This document shows, one piece after another, positions 27,947-37,347 of a DNA stretch of 64,000 bases. The stretch lies in contig JARIEY010000001.1 in the NCBI GenBank assembly GCA_031127085.1, forward strand, positions 30,175 to 94,174. Direction: 5' to 3'. Positions within the stretch are counted from its first letter, which is position 1. Each line of letters begins with the position of its first letter. The notes under the pieces were generated by a model, which was given only the letters and a program-made list of their open reading frames with translations, had not been told where the DNA came from and did not search any database. The DNA is from Gemmatimonadota bacterium (lineage in GTDB: Bacteria > Gemmatimonadota > Gemmatimonadetes > Gemmatimonadales > Gemmatimonadaceae). Both the position numbers and the translations under genes were made by a program.

Positions 27947-28729
27947 ATGCTCACGGTGCTGACCCACGACGATGTGACGGAGCTGCGCTTCAGCACGTGG
28001 CGCAGCCGGCTGTCGAGGATGCGCGTCAGCGCCTTCGTGACGCGTGGCACGCTGTTCGACAGCGGTTTTCCGGTGGCCACGCCCGCACTGACGCAGTGGC
28101 TGCGCCGCCATCCGGTGCAGGCGGCGGCGCTCACGCACCACCACGAAGATCACGCCGGCGGCGCCTGCGCGCTTGCCGCGCTGGCCGTCCCCCTGTGGAT
28201 TCCGGATGCAGCGCGCGCGCTCGTCACCGCGCCGCCACGCGTGCTGTTCTACCGGCGCTTCTCCTGGGGAAGCCCGGCCCCGCTCGGCCCGTACATTGCG
28301 GCGGCCCTTCCGTTGGGGATCGAAGCAATCCCTACCCCTGGTCACACGGCCGATCACCACATCTTCTGGGATGCCGGCACCGGCACGGTCTTTGGCGGCG
28401 ACCTCTTTATCGGCGTGAAGGTGCGTATCGCGCACGCCAGCGAAGATCCCCGGGCCACGTCGGCCTCGCTGCGACGTATTGTCGCGCTCGCGCCGCGCCG
28501 TTTCTTCGACGCGCACCGCGGGCTCCTTTGCAATCCGGCTGCGTTGCTTACGGCCAAGGCCGATTGGATAGACGCCATGGTGGATCGCGTCGAACAGCTC
28601 GCGGCGCAGGGTCTCAGCGATGCAGACATCGCTCGTCGCGTGCTCGGGTCGGACCGGCTCGGCCGCTGGTATACGGCTGGCGATTACACCATGGAGAACT
28701 GGGTGCGCGGGGTGCGGCGGCACCGCTAG
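27947..28729 (+). CDS. MBL-fold metallo-hydrolase
   Basis: 260 aa with the HHHEDHAGG (HxHxDH) motif. Confidence 0.8.
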   Translation: MLTVLTHDDVTELRFSTWRSRLSRMRVSAFVTRGTLFDSGFPVATPALTQWLRRHPVQAAALTHHHEDHAGGACALAALAVPLWIPDAARALVTAPPRVLFYRRFSWGSPAPLGPYIAAALPLGIEAIPTPGHTADHHIFWDAGTGTVFGGDLFIGVKVRIAHASEDPRATSASLRRIVALAPRRFFDAHRGLLCNPAALLTAKADWIDAMVDRVEQLAAQGLSDADIARRVLGSDRLGRWYTAGDYTMENWVRGVRRHR

Positions 28730-28780
28730 CACCGCGCGCGTCTTCCCTGTGTCAGTGCGCGAGCACATTCTTGGCGGGCC

Positions 28781-31700
28781 ATGACTGATACCGTTGCCTC
28801 ATCCGTTGTCCCGGCCGACGTACTCGTTCGTCTGCGGCAACTCGCCGACGATTGGCGCGATATCGATGCCAACGAGCGGGCCGCGTTCCAGACCTGGTTC
28901 CTGAAGTTCTGCGAGGCGCTCGATGTGCCGGGCCCGGTGCCGCCCCACGACGACTATCGGTTCGAACTGCCCGTTAGGGTGGTGGATCGCGAGGGGACGG
29001 AGAGTTCCAACTTCATAGATTGCTGGAAGGCGGGGCACTTCGCACTCGAGGCCAAGGCCACGGGCGAGGCCAAGCCGGAGCGCGCCCTGCGCCGCGCATT
29101 CGGACAGGTGCGCAACTACGCCGCGCATGTTTCTGGTGACAGTCCGCCTTTTTTGATGGTGGTCGACATCCCCCGCACGCTCATGGTGTGGGACCGGTGG
29201 TCGGGGTCGTACGGCGATTTTGCGGCGGGCAAGCGTATCGCGTTGCTCACACTGCATGAGCGCCCAGACGATGTGGCGTTGTTGCGCGACATCCTCACCA
29301 ACCCTGCGGCCCGCGATCCCCGGGGGAGGGCGCAGGCGGTGACGCAGGCCATTGCGGGGCGGCTGGCCCATCTAGCCGCGCGGCTCGAGAGTCGGGGCTA
29401 CGAGCAGGAGCGCGTCGCACGCTTCCTGATGCGGTGCGTTTTTTCGTGTTTCGCCGAGGATGTGGGACTGCTCCCCACGCGGCTCTTTGAGCGCACACTC
29501 GAAACGGCTCGTGTGGCGGGTGGCCCGGAGCATGTGGGGCGCGTGCTTTCGCAGCTCTGGCAGACGATGGATGCCGGCGGCTCGTTTGGCGCCGACCTCG
29601 TGCACCGTTTCAACGGGCATTTCTTCAAGACGGTGGAGTCGCTGCCGCTCGATGCGGACGACATTGACCTGCTCGTCGACGCATCGCGCTTTGACTGGGC
29701 GCGGGTGGAACCGTCCATCTTTGGCACCTTGCTGGTGCGTGCGCTCGACCCCGCCGAGCGCCACCGACTGGGCGCCGAGTACACGCCGCGCGCGTATATC
29801 GAGCGGCTGGTGGAGCCCACGGTGGTGGAGCCCATCCGCGAGCGGTGGACGGCGGTGCAGGGGTCGGTGTTGCAGCTCGAAGAGTCGGGGAAGAAGAAGG
29901 ACACCGACGCCGCGCTCACGACGCTCGTTGAGTTCCACGCCTGGATGCGTGGGCTGCGCTTTCTGGATCCCGCGTGCGGCAGCGGCAACTTCTTGTATGT
30001 GACCATGGCGGCCGTGAAGCGCGTGGAGCTGGAGGTGTTGCACGAGATTGAGCGCGTGTCGGGCGGCCAGGGCGGGTTGGTGCTCGAGGAGGTGCATCCG
30101 CGGCAGTTCTACGGCATCGAGATCAAGCCGTGGGCCCGCGAGATCGCCGAGCTGACGCTGTGGATTGGCTATCACCAGTTTTGGCGCGATGCGCATGGCG
30201 GTCGGACGCCGCCCGATCCCATTCTCGAGGACACCGGCACGCTCGAGTGCCGCGACGCGATTCTCGCGTATGACGGGGTACGGCATGTGCCGGCGAAGGA
30301 CCGGCCGGACCCGACGCCGCGGCTGGTGCATCCGGTGACGGGGGAGTTGGTGCCGGATCCCAGCGCGAGGTTGCCGTACTACGAGCACATCAACGCGCGC
30401 CCCGCCGAGTGGCCGGCGGCGGATTTCATTGTGGGGAATCCGCCGTATCTAGGTCAAGCACGCCAGCGAGAGGCGTTCGGCGACGGATACGTCGAAGCGC
30501 TTCGGAGCGCCTATCCGATGCTGCCAGATAGCATCGACCTCGTGATGTACTGGTGGTATCGGTCTGCCGCTTGCGTAGCGGGAGGAACGGCCGCTCGCGC
30601 TGGGCTGATTACGACGAACTCCATTACCCAGCTGCAAAACCGCGCGGCAATCGCGGCAGCCCGCGAACTAGGCGCGAACGTGATTTGGGTCGTTCCCGAC
30701 CATCCGTGGAGAGCTGAGAGCGATGGTGCATCGGTCAGGGTCGCGCTGACGGTGATGGGCACATCGTCGGGCGCCGCCACTCTCGTGAGAGTGGACGATG
30801 ACGCGCGCATTCTCTTCAAGCATCAGCATCGTGGGTCTCTTAACGACGACTTGTCAGCGGGGGCCGACGTTGCCACCGCTGCTCGTACACCACTTCGGTC
30901 GCAGGCTGGACTTGCGTCACCAGGTCTGAAATTGCACGGACCCGGGTTCATACTTCTTGCCGACGAGGCAACCAACCTCATCGCGGCGGATCCGCCTATC
31001 TCGAGTGTGATTCGCCCGTACAGAAACGGAAGGGACCTCGCAACCCGCCCACGCGAAGTCTTCGTCATCGATTTTGGAGTTCTTAGCGAACAAGAGGCTC
31101 GCGACTTCACCGTACCGTTCGACATCGTGAGAAGTCGAGTCAAGCCGGAGCGCGACTCAAACAACGATCGATCGACGCGCGCGCACTGGTGGAGGTTCGG
31201 CAGAAACCGCGAGGACTTTCGACCGGCCCTCGCGGGAATCAAGCGATACTTCGCTACTCCGGAGACTTCGGCGCATCGAGTTTGGACGCCGTTACCGCAC
31301 ACGGTCGCTCCCGACAACACTCTCGTATGCGTCGCTGTCGAAGACGGATGGGTCTTCGGCGTCCTCTGTTCGACAGTGCATACCGCGTGGGCGATCGCTG
31401 CGGGCTCGCGACTTGGCATCGGCAATGACGCTCGATACAACAAGACACTCTGCTTCGACCCCTTCCCCTTCCCTGACGCCTCGCCCGATCACCGCGCGAC
31501 GATCGCCGCCATCGCCGAGCGCCTCGACGCGCACCGCACCGCCGCGCTTGCGCGCGACGAACGCGTCACCATGACCGGCATGTACAGCGTCGTCGAGAAG
31601 CTCCGCGCCGGCACCGCGCTCACCCCGAAGGAACGCGTCATCCATGAAATCGCCGCCTGCGGCGTGCTCAAGGACATTCACGACGAGCTCGACGCCGCCG

Positions 31701-32143
31701 TCGCCGCCGCGTATGCCTGGCCGTGGCCCATGCCCACCGAGGAGATTCTGGAGCGGCTGGTCGCGCTGCACGACGAGCGCGTGGCCGAGGAGCAACGCGG
31801 CCTCGTGCGCTGGCTGCGCCCCGAGTACCAGATTCCGCGCTTCGGTGTTGGCACGCAACCGGCCGCGCTCGCGCTCGACGACGTGCCGACGCGCTCCTCG
31901 CCAGAGGCGAAAACGCCGGCCGCGGAGGTACCCGCTGTCGCGTGGCCCGACACCGCCGTCGAGCAGATCACGCTGATCAGTGCCGCGCTCGCTCAGGGCG
32001 CGCAGTCGCCGGAAGTGCTGACGGCTCGCTTTGCGGGGGCAAAGCGGGAGCTGGTCGAACGCCATCTGGAGACGTTGGCGTTGCTCGGCGAGGCACGACG
32101 ACTGCCGCGCGGCTCGTATGCTGGAGCGAGAGCTCAGTCATGA
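28781..32143 (+). CDS. MmeI-family (Type IIL/IIG) single-chain restriction endonuclease / N6-adenine DNA methyltransferase
   Basis: 1120 aa. The N-terminal FIDCWKAGHFALEAK gives D-x9-E-x-K (PD-(D/E)xK type). NERAAFQTWF resembles the MmeI N-terminus. AdoMet motif I is FLDPACGSGNFLYV. Catalytic motif IV is GNPPYLG. A long region follows, where target-recognition and C-terminal domains would be expected. Confidence 0.8.
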   Translation: MTDTVASSVVPADVLVRLRQLADDWRDIDANERAAFQTWFLKFCEALDVPGPVPPHDDYRFELPVRVVDREGTESSNFIDCWKAGHFALEAKATGEAKPERALRRAFGQVRNYAAHVSGDSPPFLMVVDIPRTLMVWDRWSGSYGDFAAGKRIALLTLHERPDDVALLRDILTNPAARDPRGRAQAVTQAIAGRLAHLAARLESRGYEQERVARFLMRCVFSCFAEDVGLLPTRLFERTLETARVAGGPEHVGRVLSQLWQTMDAGGSFGADLVHRFNGHFFKTVESLPLDADDIDLLVDASRFDWARVEPSIFGTLLVRALDPAERHRLGAEYTPRAYIERLVEPTVVEPIRERWTAVQGSVLQLEESGKKKDTDAALTTLVEFHAWMRGLRFLDPACGSGNFLYVTMAAVKRVELEVLHEIERVSGGQGGLVLEEVHPRQFYGIEIKPWAREIAELTLWIGYHQFWRDAHGGRTPPDPILEDTGTLECRDAILAYDGVRHVPAKDRPDPTPRLVHPVTGELVPDPSARLPYYEHINARPAEWPAADFIVGNPPYLGQARQREAFGDGYVEALRSAYPMLPDSIDLVMYWWYRSAACVAGGTAARAGLITTNSITQLQNRAAIAAARELGANVIWVVPDHPWRAESDGASVRVALTVMGTSSGAATLVRVDDDARILFKHQHRGSLNDDLSAGADVATAARTPLRSQAGLASPGLKLHGPGFILLADEATNLIAADPPISSVIRPYRNGRDLATRPREVFVIDFGVLSEQEARDFTVPFDIVRSRVKPERDSNNDRSTRAHWWRFGRNREDFRPALAGIKRYFATPETSAHRVWTPLPHTVAPDNTLVCVAVEDGWVFGVLCSTVHTAWAIAAGSRLGIGNDARYNKTLCFDPFPFPDASPDHRATIAAIAERLDAHRTAALARDERVTMTGMYSVVEKLRAGTALTPKERVIHEIAACGVLKDIHDELDAAVAAAYAWPWPMPTEEILERLVALHDERVAEEQRGLVRWLRPEYQIPRFGVGTQPAALALDDVPTRSSPEAKTPAAEVPAVAWPDTAVEQITLISAALAQGAQSPEVLTARFAGAKRELVERHLETLALLGEARRLPRGSYAGARAQS

Positions 32144-33759
32144 GCATGTCACCCGTGCAGATTGACGCGTGGCTGGCCTTGCCATCGGAGCACGAGCATC
32201 TCGAATTCAAGTTGGCAGCGACGTCATTCCCGATGGACAGGCTGCTCGACTACTGCGTCGCAATTGCGAATGAGGGAGGTGGCCACATCGTCCTCGGTGT
32301 CACCGACGCGCTCCCGCGCCGCGTGCTCGGAACACTCGCCTTTCCAAACGTCCAGGAGACGAAGGAGCGGCTGTTCGAGATACTCCGCCGACGCATTGAA
32401 GTCGACGCGGTGGACCATCCCAATGGACGTGTCCTCGTATTCACGATTCCAAGCCGGCCGCGCGGCGAAGCGTTGCATCGCGATGGCCGCTATCTCATGC
32501 GTGTTGGTCAAGATCTCGTACCAATGTCGTTCGATCGATTGCAGGCGATCGCCGCCGAGGCACAGGTCGATCCCTCGGCGCACTTGGTTGAAGGCGCTTC
32601 CGTCAACGACCTCGATGGCGGCATGATCGCCCACTTTCGCGCGCAGTGGATCCGGAAGTCCGGAAATGCGGCGCTCGCCGCCGCGACGGACGCGCAGCTT
32701 CTCGCTGACGCCGGACTATTGCTCGACGGTGCGGTCACCATCGGCGCCCTGGTCCTGTTCGGTACCGAAGCGTCGAATCGGAGATTCCTTCCGCAGGCTG
32801 AGGTGATCTTCGAGTATCGGTCGTCAGAAGGCGAGATCTCCTACCAGCAACGCGTCGCCTTTTGCTCCGGCTTCTTCGGCTTCGGCGATGAACTCTGGCG
32901 TCTTATTGACTCCCGCAACGACCGACAATCGTACCAGGACGGGCTCTTTCGTTACGAGATTCGCACGTTTGACGAAGGAGCGGTCCGCGAGGCTATCCTG
33001 AACGCCGTCAGCCACCGAGACTACGCGAACGGCGGATCGGTCTTCGTGCGACAGTACCCGCGTCGATTGTCGGTGGTGAGCCCGGGCGGGCTGCCGTCCG
33101 GCATCACGCCGGCAAACGTCCTGGATCGCCAGTTTCCGAGAAATCGCTCAATCGCGCACGCGCTTGAGCTGTGCGGCCTGGTTGAGCGCTCAGGGCAGGG
33201 CATGAACCGCATGTTTGAGCGCTCCATCACGCAAGGCAAGCCGATTCCCGACTTCGCGGATACCGACGCATTCCAAGTCGGGATCAATCTGCATGGCGAC
33301 CTGAAGCATCCCTCGTTCGTTCGGTATCTCGAAAAACTCGGGAGCGAACGGGTCGAGTCGTTCACCACCCAAGACCTGTTGGTTCTCGACTTCGCTCAGC
33401 GCGGGGCAACGGTGTCGGACGAGCTTCGCCCACGCGTGGAGAGGCTCCTGGATATCGGCGCCGTGGAACGCCTCGGGCGCCGTCTGATCCTCTCTCGCGA
33501 TCTCTACGCGGGCATGGGACAGTTGGGAGTGTACACGCGAAGAAAGGGTCTTGCCCACGATGCGCAGAAAGAAATTCTACTGCAGCACATCAGAGAAAAT
33601 GCCGTGCTCGGCAGTCCGCTGTCCGAACTGGTTCAAGTGCTCCCCAGCGTCTCTGACCGGAGCGTCAAGCGGCTTCTACAAGAGCTGAAGGTTGAGGGCA
33701 AGATCCTACCCGTTGGCCAACGGCGCTGGGCTCGCTGGCGCCCGGTGCAGTCCGAGTAA
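32140..33759 (+). CDS. AlbA_2 / HATPase_c_4-type putative DNA-binding ATPase-like protein (often annotated RecG-like or transcriptional regulator)
   Basis: Track ORF 31723..33759 trimmed to ATG 32140, which overlaps the methyltransferase stop (ATGA). Motifs: EHEHLEFK (AlbA_2-like), AILNAVSHRDY, PRNRSIAHALELCGLVERSGQGMNRM, and a C-terminal winged-helix-like tail. The gene is noticeably AT-richer than its neighbours. Confidence 0.7.
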   Translation: MSMSPVQIDAWLALPSEHEHLEFKLAATSFPMDRLLDYCVAIANEGGGHIVLGVTDALPRRVLGTLAFPNVQETKERLFEILRRRIEVDAVDHPNGRVLVFTIPSRPRGEALHRDGRYLMRVGQDLVPMSFDRLQAIAAEAQVDPSAHLVEGASVNDLDGGMIAHFRAQWIRKSGNAALAAATDAQLLADAGLLLDGAVTIGALVLFGTEASNRRFLPQAEVIFEYRSSEGEISYQQRVAFCSGFFGFGDELWRLIDSRNDRQSYQDGLFRYEIRTFDEGAVREAILNAVSHRDYANGGSVFVRQYPRRLSVVSPGGLPSGITPANVLDRQFPRNRSIAHALELCGLVERSGQGMNRMFERSITQGKPIPDFADTDAFQVGINLHGDLKHPSFVRYLEKLGSERVESFTTQDLLVLDFAQRGATVSDELRPRVERLLDIGAVERLGRRLILSRDLYAGMGQLGVYTRRKGLAHDAQKEILLQHIRENAVLGSPLSELVQVLPSVSDRSVKRLLQELKVEGKILPVGQRRWARWRPVQSE

Positions 33760-33907
33760 CGTTCTATGGACCAGTCGCTGGTGGTTCTTGGTCCGCCTGC
33801 CAGCGAAACGATCACGTAAGTGCTTATTGCACAACGTATTATATGACCCTTCGGGATGCATTCAGTGGCTTTAGAGACGGCCAGAGACCCCGCATCCGGT
33901 TCGCCCT

Positions 33908-34897
33908 TCACACCAGCCGCACGAACCGCCCGAACCGCGGCGTGCGAACAAACCGCACCTCCCCCGGCCGCTCCACACGCCCGTTATCGACGGACTCCAC
34001 CAGTCCGAACTCCGCCAGCGGAATCAGGTAGGAGAGCAGCACGAAGAGGGAGCAGCAGTCGAGCGAATCTTCATCGAGGTGCTGCGGTGCGGAGAGCGGT
34101 GGCGTGAACGCCGCTCGCGTCAGCGACTCCACCGAGAACTCGTCGTGCTTCATGCGACAGAGCGCCCGGATCACCATCGCCGGTTGACGCACGCCGACGA
34201 CGAGTGCGTCAAACTCGGTGGTATCCGTCGGTGCCACCACGCGCAGCCGCGCGTCACACACCAGCGCTGCCAGCCGTCCTGATTCCAGACCGCGCGCCAT
34301 CCGCTCGCCGTCGCGGCTCAGCACCACGCCGCCCGCTCCATCGACGAGCAGCCCGGCCTCGAACAGCGTGGCGATATAGTCGGCCGTGTGCGCCCGCGCC
34401 TCGCGCGGCGTCATGGGCACGGGCAGCGCCAACTCGGCGATCGCCTCGCCCACTTCATCGGCAATCGCCCCCACCGTGCGCGCCGAGATCTTCCCGGTTT
34501 TCGTCGTGCGCACCACGCCGCGCCGCGCCCACTCCGCGAGGATGGCGCGCGTGGTCCGCATCGCCGGCTGTGCGTCCCACGGCTCATCGTCAAGGTCGAG
34601 CCGCAGCCGAATCGGCCCGTCTCCCAACCACGTCGAGTGGAACAGCCGCCCCGCCTCGACTGGTGTCAGCCCGTGCAGTGCCAGTTGCGGCGTGGTGTTG
34701 AGCGCCTCCATATGCGCCGACAGGAAGGCGTTCACCTGCACCAACGACTCCCAGCCGCCCGGCGGACAGTTAGACTCGAGTGCTTCGTGGATGCCACTCA
34801 CGGAACGCGGCGGTGCCTCGCGCGAGGATGGTCCCCCGCGCGCGGCCTTCGACGGCGCCTTCGGCCGTCGCGGGGCGCTCCGCCGCTTCTTCGTCAC
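33908..34897 (-). CDS. hypothetical protein with basic N-terminal tail
   Basis: 329 aa. The GTG start overlaps the stop of the deoxyhypusine-synthase-like gene (GTGA). It begins [23 protein letters not shown] recognise no family. Confidence 0.6.
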   Translation of the reverse strand: MTKKRRSAPRRPKAPSKAARGGPSSREAPPRSVSGIHEALESNCPPGGWESLVQVNAFLSAHMEALNTTPQLALHGLTPVEAGRLFHSTWLGDGPIRLRLDLDDEPWDAQPAMRTTRAILAEWARRGVVRTTKTGKISARTVGAIADEVGEAIAELALPVPMTPREARAHTADYIATLFEAGLLVDGAGGVVLSRDGERMARGLESGRLAALVCDARLRVVAPTDTTEFDALVVGVRQPAMVIRALCRMKHDEFSVESLTRAAFTPPLSAPQHLDEDSLDCCSLFVLLSYLIPLAEFGLVESVDNGRVERPGEVRFVRTPRFGRFVRLV

Positions 34898-36114
34898 CGG
34901 TTGGCTTTATCAAACTCCGCCTGCAGCCGCGCCATATTCGCCTCGCGCTTGTCGAACAGCCGCTTGAGCTTGCGCGGCTTGCGCTTGGCCAGCGCGTAGC
35001 TGGTGAGCAACGGCAGCGCGACGGTCGAGTCGAGGTAGCACACCACGGCGTCGGGCAGTCGGTCGGGGTCGATCTTCCCCCAACTCACCGCCTCGGCGGG
35101 GGTCGCGCCACTCAAGCCCCCCGTGTCGGGACGCGCGTCGGTCACCTGCAGGAAGTAGTCGTGCCCCTTTTCGTCGATGCCCAGCACTTCCTGAATCTGC
35201 GGCTCCGTTTGCAACGCGAAGTTCTTGGGGCTCCCGCCGCCCATGATGAGCACGGCGCTGCGGCCCCTCGAACGTTTGGCGTTGAGCACAATGCTCGCCG
35301 TCTCGTTGACGTCGCGGCTTGGGTCGATGACGCAGCCGTACCCCTCGAGCTGCAGGGCGGCGACGTTCATCCCGATGGAGCTGTCGCCCGGCGAGCTGGT
35401 GTAGACAGGCACGCCACAACTGTATGCGGCACTTAGTAGCGATTTGTTACCAATTCCAAGCGCCTGTTCGCGCGCCGCGACGTACTTGCCGCACAGCCAG
35501 TGGAACTCGGCGCTCGACATCGGGCGCTGAAACTCGGGGCTGCGCAGGATCTTCCGGAAGAACGCGTCGGTGCTGAGCAGCACGTCGTAGTCGAAGAAGA
35601 TGTCGTAGATGCGGACCACCCCTTCCTCGCGCAGCACCGTGTCGCTGGTGTTCGGCGTGCCGCGGTGCATCGACAGCCCCAGCCCGAAGTGCGCGTCGTG
35701 GTACAAGTTGGCGCCGGTGCTGATGATCCAGTCCACGAACCCCGCTTCGATGAGCGGAATGAGGGCGCTCATCCCCAGCCCGGCCGGCGTCAGCGCGCCG
35801 GTGAGTGTGAGCCCCACCGTGACGTCACGCTGCAGCATCTTCTCGCTGAACAGCTGGCACGCCTCGCGCAGCCGGCCGCTGTTGTACGCCTGGAAGGTCC
35901 CGTCGATCAGCTGCACCACAGTCTCGGTGCCGTCGATGCGGCGCGGATTGATGCGCGCGCCGCGCAGGAAGGCGCTGCGATGCTTGGTCGCGACGCGCAC
36001 GCCCTTCGCCTCGCGGCGTTCCGCCGCCTGCTTCTGCTTGGACTTGTCCCCTGCCGGGCTCGCCTTCTTCCCGTGCCGGCTGGCCTTGAAGCCGCCGCGC
36101 TCCCGCTCGCTCAT
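34894..36114 (-). CDS. deoxyhypusine synthase family protein (possibly homospermidine synthase-like)
   Basis: 406 aa. [12 protein letters not shown] ... [18 protein letters not shown] ... [10 protein letters not shown] match the DHS fold. It has a basic N-terminal tail of about 40 aa. Confidence 0.75.
   Translation of the reverse strand: MSERERGGFKASRHGKKASPAGDKSKQKQAAERREAKGVRVATKHRSAFLRGARINPRRIDGTETVVQLIDGTFQAYNSGRLREACQLFSEKMLQRDVTVGLTLTGALTPAGLGMSALIPLIEAGFVDWIISTGANLYHDAHFGLGLSMHRGTPNTSDTVLREEGVVRIYDIFFDYDVLLSTDAFFRKILRSPEFQRPMSSAEFHWLCGKYVAAREQALGIGNKSLLSAAYSCGVPVYTSSPGDSSIGMNVAALQLEGYGCVIDPSRDVNETASIVLNAKRSRGRSAVLIMGGGSPKNFALQTEPQIQEVLGIDEKGHDYFLQVTDARPDTGGLSGATPAEAVSWGKIDPDRLPDAVVCYLDSTVALPLLTSYALAKRKPRKLKRLFDKREANMARLQAEFDKANR
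35433..35453. repeat. second copy of the AT-rich 8-5-8 palindrome (TTAGTAGC-GATTT-GTTACCAA)
   Basis: It is identical to the 21795-21815 site at 14 of 16 half-site positions, and 16 of 21 overall. It sits in the same reading-frame register. On the minus strand it encodes I-G-N-K-S-L-L-S using the rare codons att, ggt, aaa, cta, cta and agt. Confidence 0.8.
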
Positions 36115-36135
36115 GATCGGTCTCGCTGTTGTCCG

Positions 36136-37230
36136 TTAGGTCCCGCGGCGGTTGGAGTCGGCGAGCCGCTTGGCTTCCAGCTCCATCTGCTCCACCTGAT
36201 CGTGCCACGCGGCGCGCACGGCGTCGGCCGACTCCGCCACCTGCGCCTCCCACGCCGCCCGGATCACGTCAGCCGCTTCCTTGGGGTCGTCCGTTATGAC
36301 CAGCAGGTCCAGATCCCCGGGAGAAATCTTCTTCTCGCCCAGCACGCGCGACTGCATCCATCGCAACAGCCCGGCCCAATAGTGGGTCCCGAACAGTACC
36401 ACCGGGAACTGGGAAATCTTGCCGGTCTGGATGAGCGTCACCGCTTCAAAGAGCTCGTCGAGCGTGCCGAAACCGCCGGGAAAGATGACGTACCCCACGC
36501 TGTACTTGATGAACATCGTCTTGCGGACGAAGAAGTACCGGAAGTCCACCAGCGTGTCGACGTACGGATTGGCGCCCTGTTCAAACGGGAGCTCGATGTT
36601 GCATCCCACCGAGTGGCCGCCCGCCTCGCGAGCACCCTTATTCGCCGCCTCCATAATGCCGGGGCCGGCGCCGGAAATGATCGAAAAACCCTGCCCCGCC
36701 AGCAGCTTGGCCGTTTCCTCCGCCGCGAGATACTGGGGGTCGTCGGGGGCAGTGCGCGCCGAACCGAAGAAAGTCACCCCCTTCTCCACCTTGGCCAGCT
36801 TGTCGAACCCCTCGATGAACTCGCCCATGATGCGCATCACGCGCCACGTGTCGGTGCGCGTGAAGTCGTCGTGATGCTTGGGGGCAAAGCCCAGCAGCTT
36901 GGCGTCTTCCGTGAGCATCGGCGTGGCATCGCGAATCGAATCGTCGATGCGGCGCGCATCGGAGGCCCGCACCACCGGCGCCCCCGGCGGCATACGACCG
37001 GCCGCCAGATGCCCCACATGCAGCCGCTCGCGCAGCCCGGCCAGCGCCTCGTGCTCGGCGGTGCGGCGCAGATGCGGATTGACCGGCTGGCCGCGCGCAC
37101 TGCGCGCCGGCTTCTTGGACGTCGGCTTTCCGTTCGCGCGGGTCGCGGGCTTCTTTGCCGGCGCAGACTTTTTCGCCGACGCGGCTGCCTTGGCGCGTGG
37201 CGCGGCTTTCTTCTTCTTTGCGGATGGCAT
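36136..37230 (-). CDS. LOG / TIGR00730-family Rossmann-fold nucleotide N-glycosidase-like protein with Lys/Ala/Pro-rich N-terminal tail
   Basis: 364 aa. The core motifs are GAGPGIMEAANKGA and PGGFGTLDELFE. The first roughly 48 aa are MPSAKKKKAAPRAKAAASAKKSAPAKKPATRANGKPTSKKPARSARG. Confidence 0.8.
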   Translation of the reverse strand: MPSAKKKKAAPRAKAAASAKKSAPAKKPATRANGKPTSKKPARSARGQPVNPHLRRTAEHEALAGLRERLHVGHLAAGRMPPGAPVVRASDARRIDDSIRDATPMLTEDAKLLGFAPKHHDDFTRTDTWRVMRIMGEFIEGFDKLAKVEKGVTFFGSARTAPDDPQYLAAEETAKLLAGQGFSIISGAGPGIMEAANKGAREAGGHSVGCNIELPFEQGANPYVDTLVDFRYFFVRKTMFIKYSVGYVIFPGGFGTLDELFEAVTLIQTGKISQFPVVLFGTHYWAGLLRWMQSRVLGEKKISPGDLDLLVITDDPKEAADVIRAAWEAQVAESADAVRAAWHDQVEQMELEAKRLADSNRRGT

Positions 37231-37347
37231 GGTCGGCTTCGGCCAGAGATGCGGCGCCGTGGAGCGCGCCGGACCGGGCGCTCGTTCCCGTGCGCGCCGC
37301 GGGTCTTGCAGTTTACTTTCTGCCGTGATCCAACGCGACCCGTCCCG

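Noticed and set aside
28781-32143. Possible BREX PglX methyltransferase
   Set aside because: I found no brxA/B/C, pglZ or brxL-like genes in the neighbourhood. The protein also carries an N-terminal D-x9-E-x-K nuclease-type motif, which fits an MmeI-type RM enzyme better than PglX.
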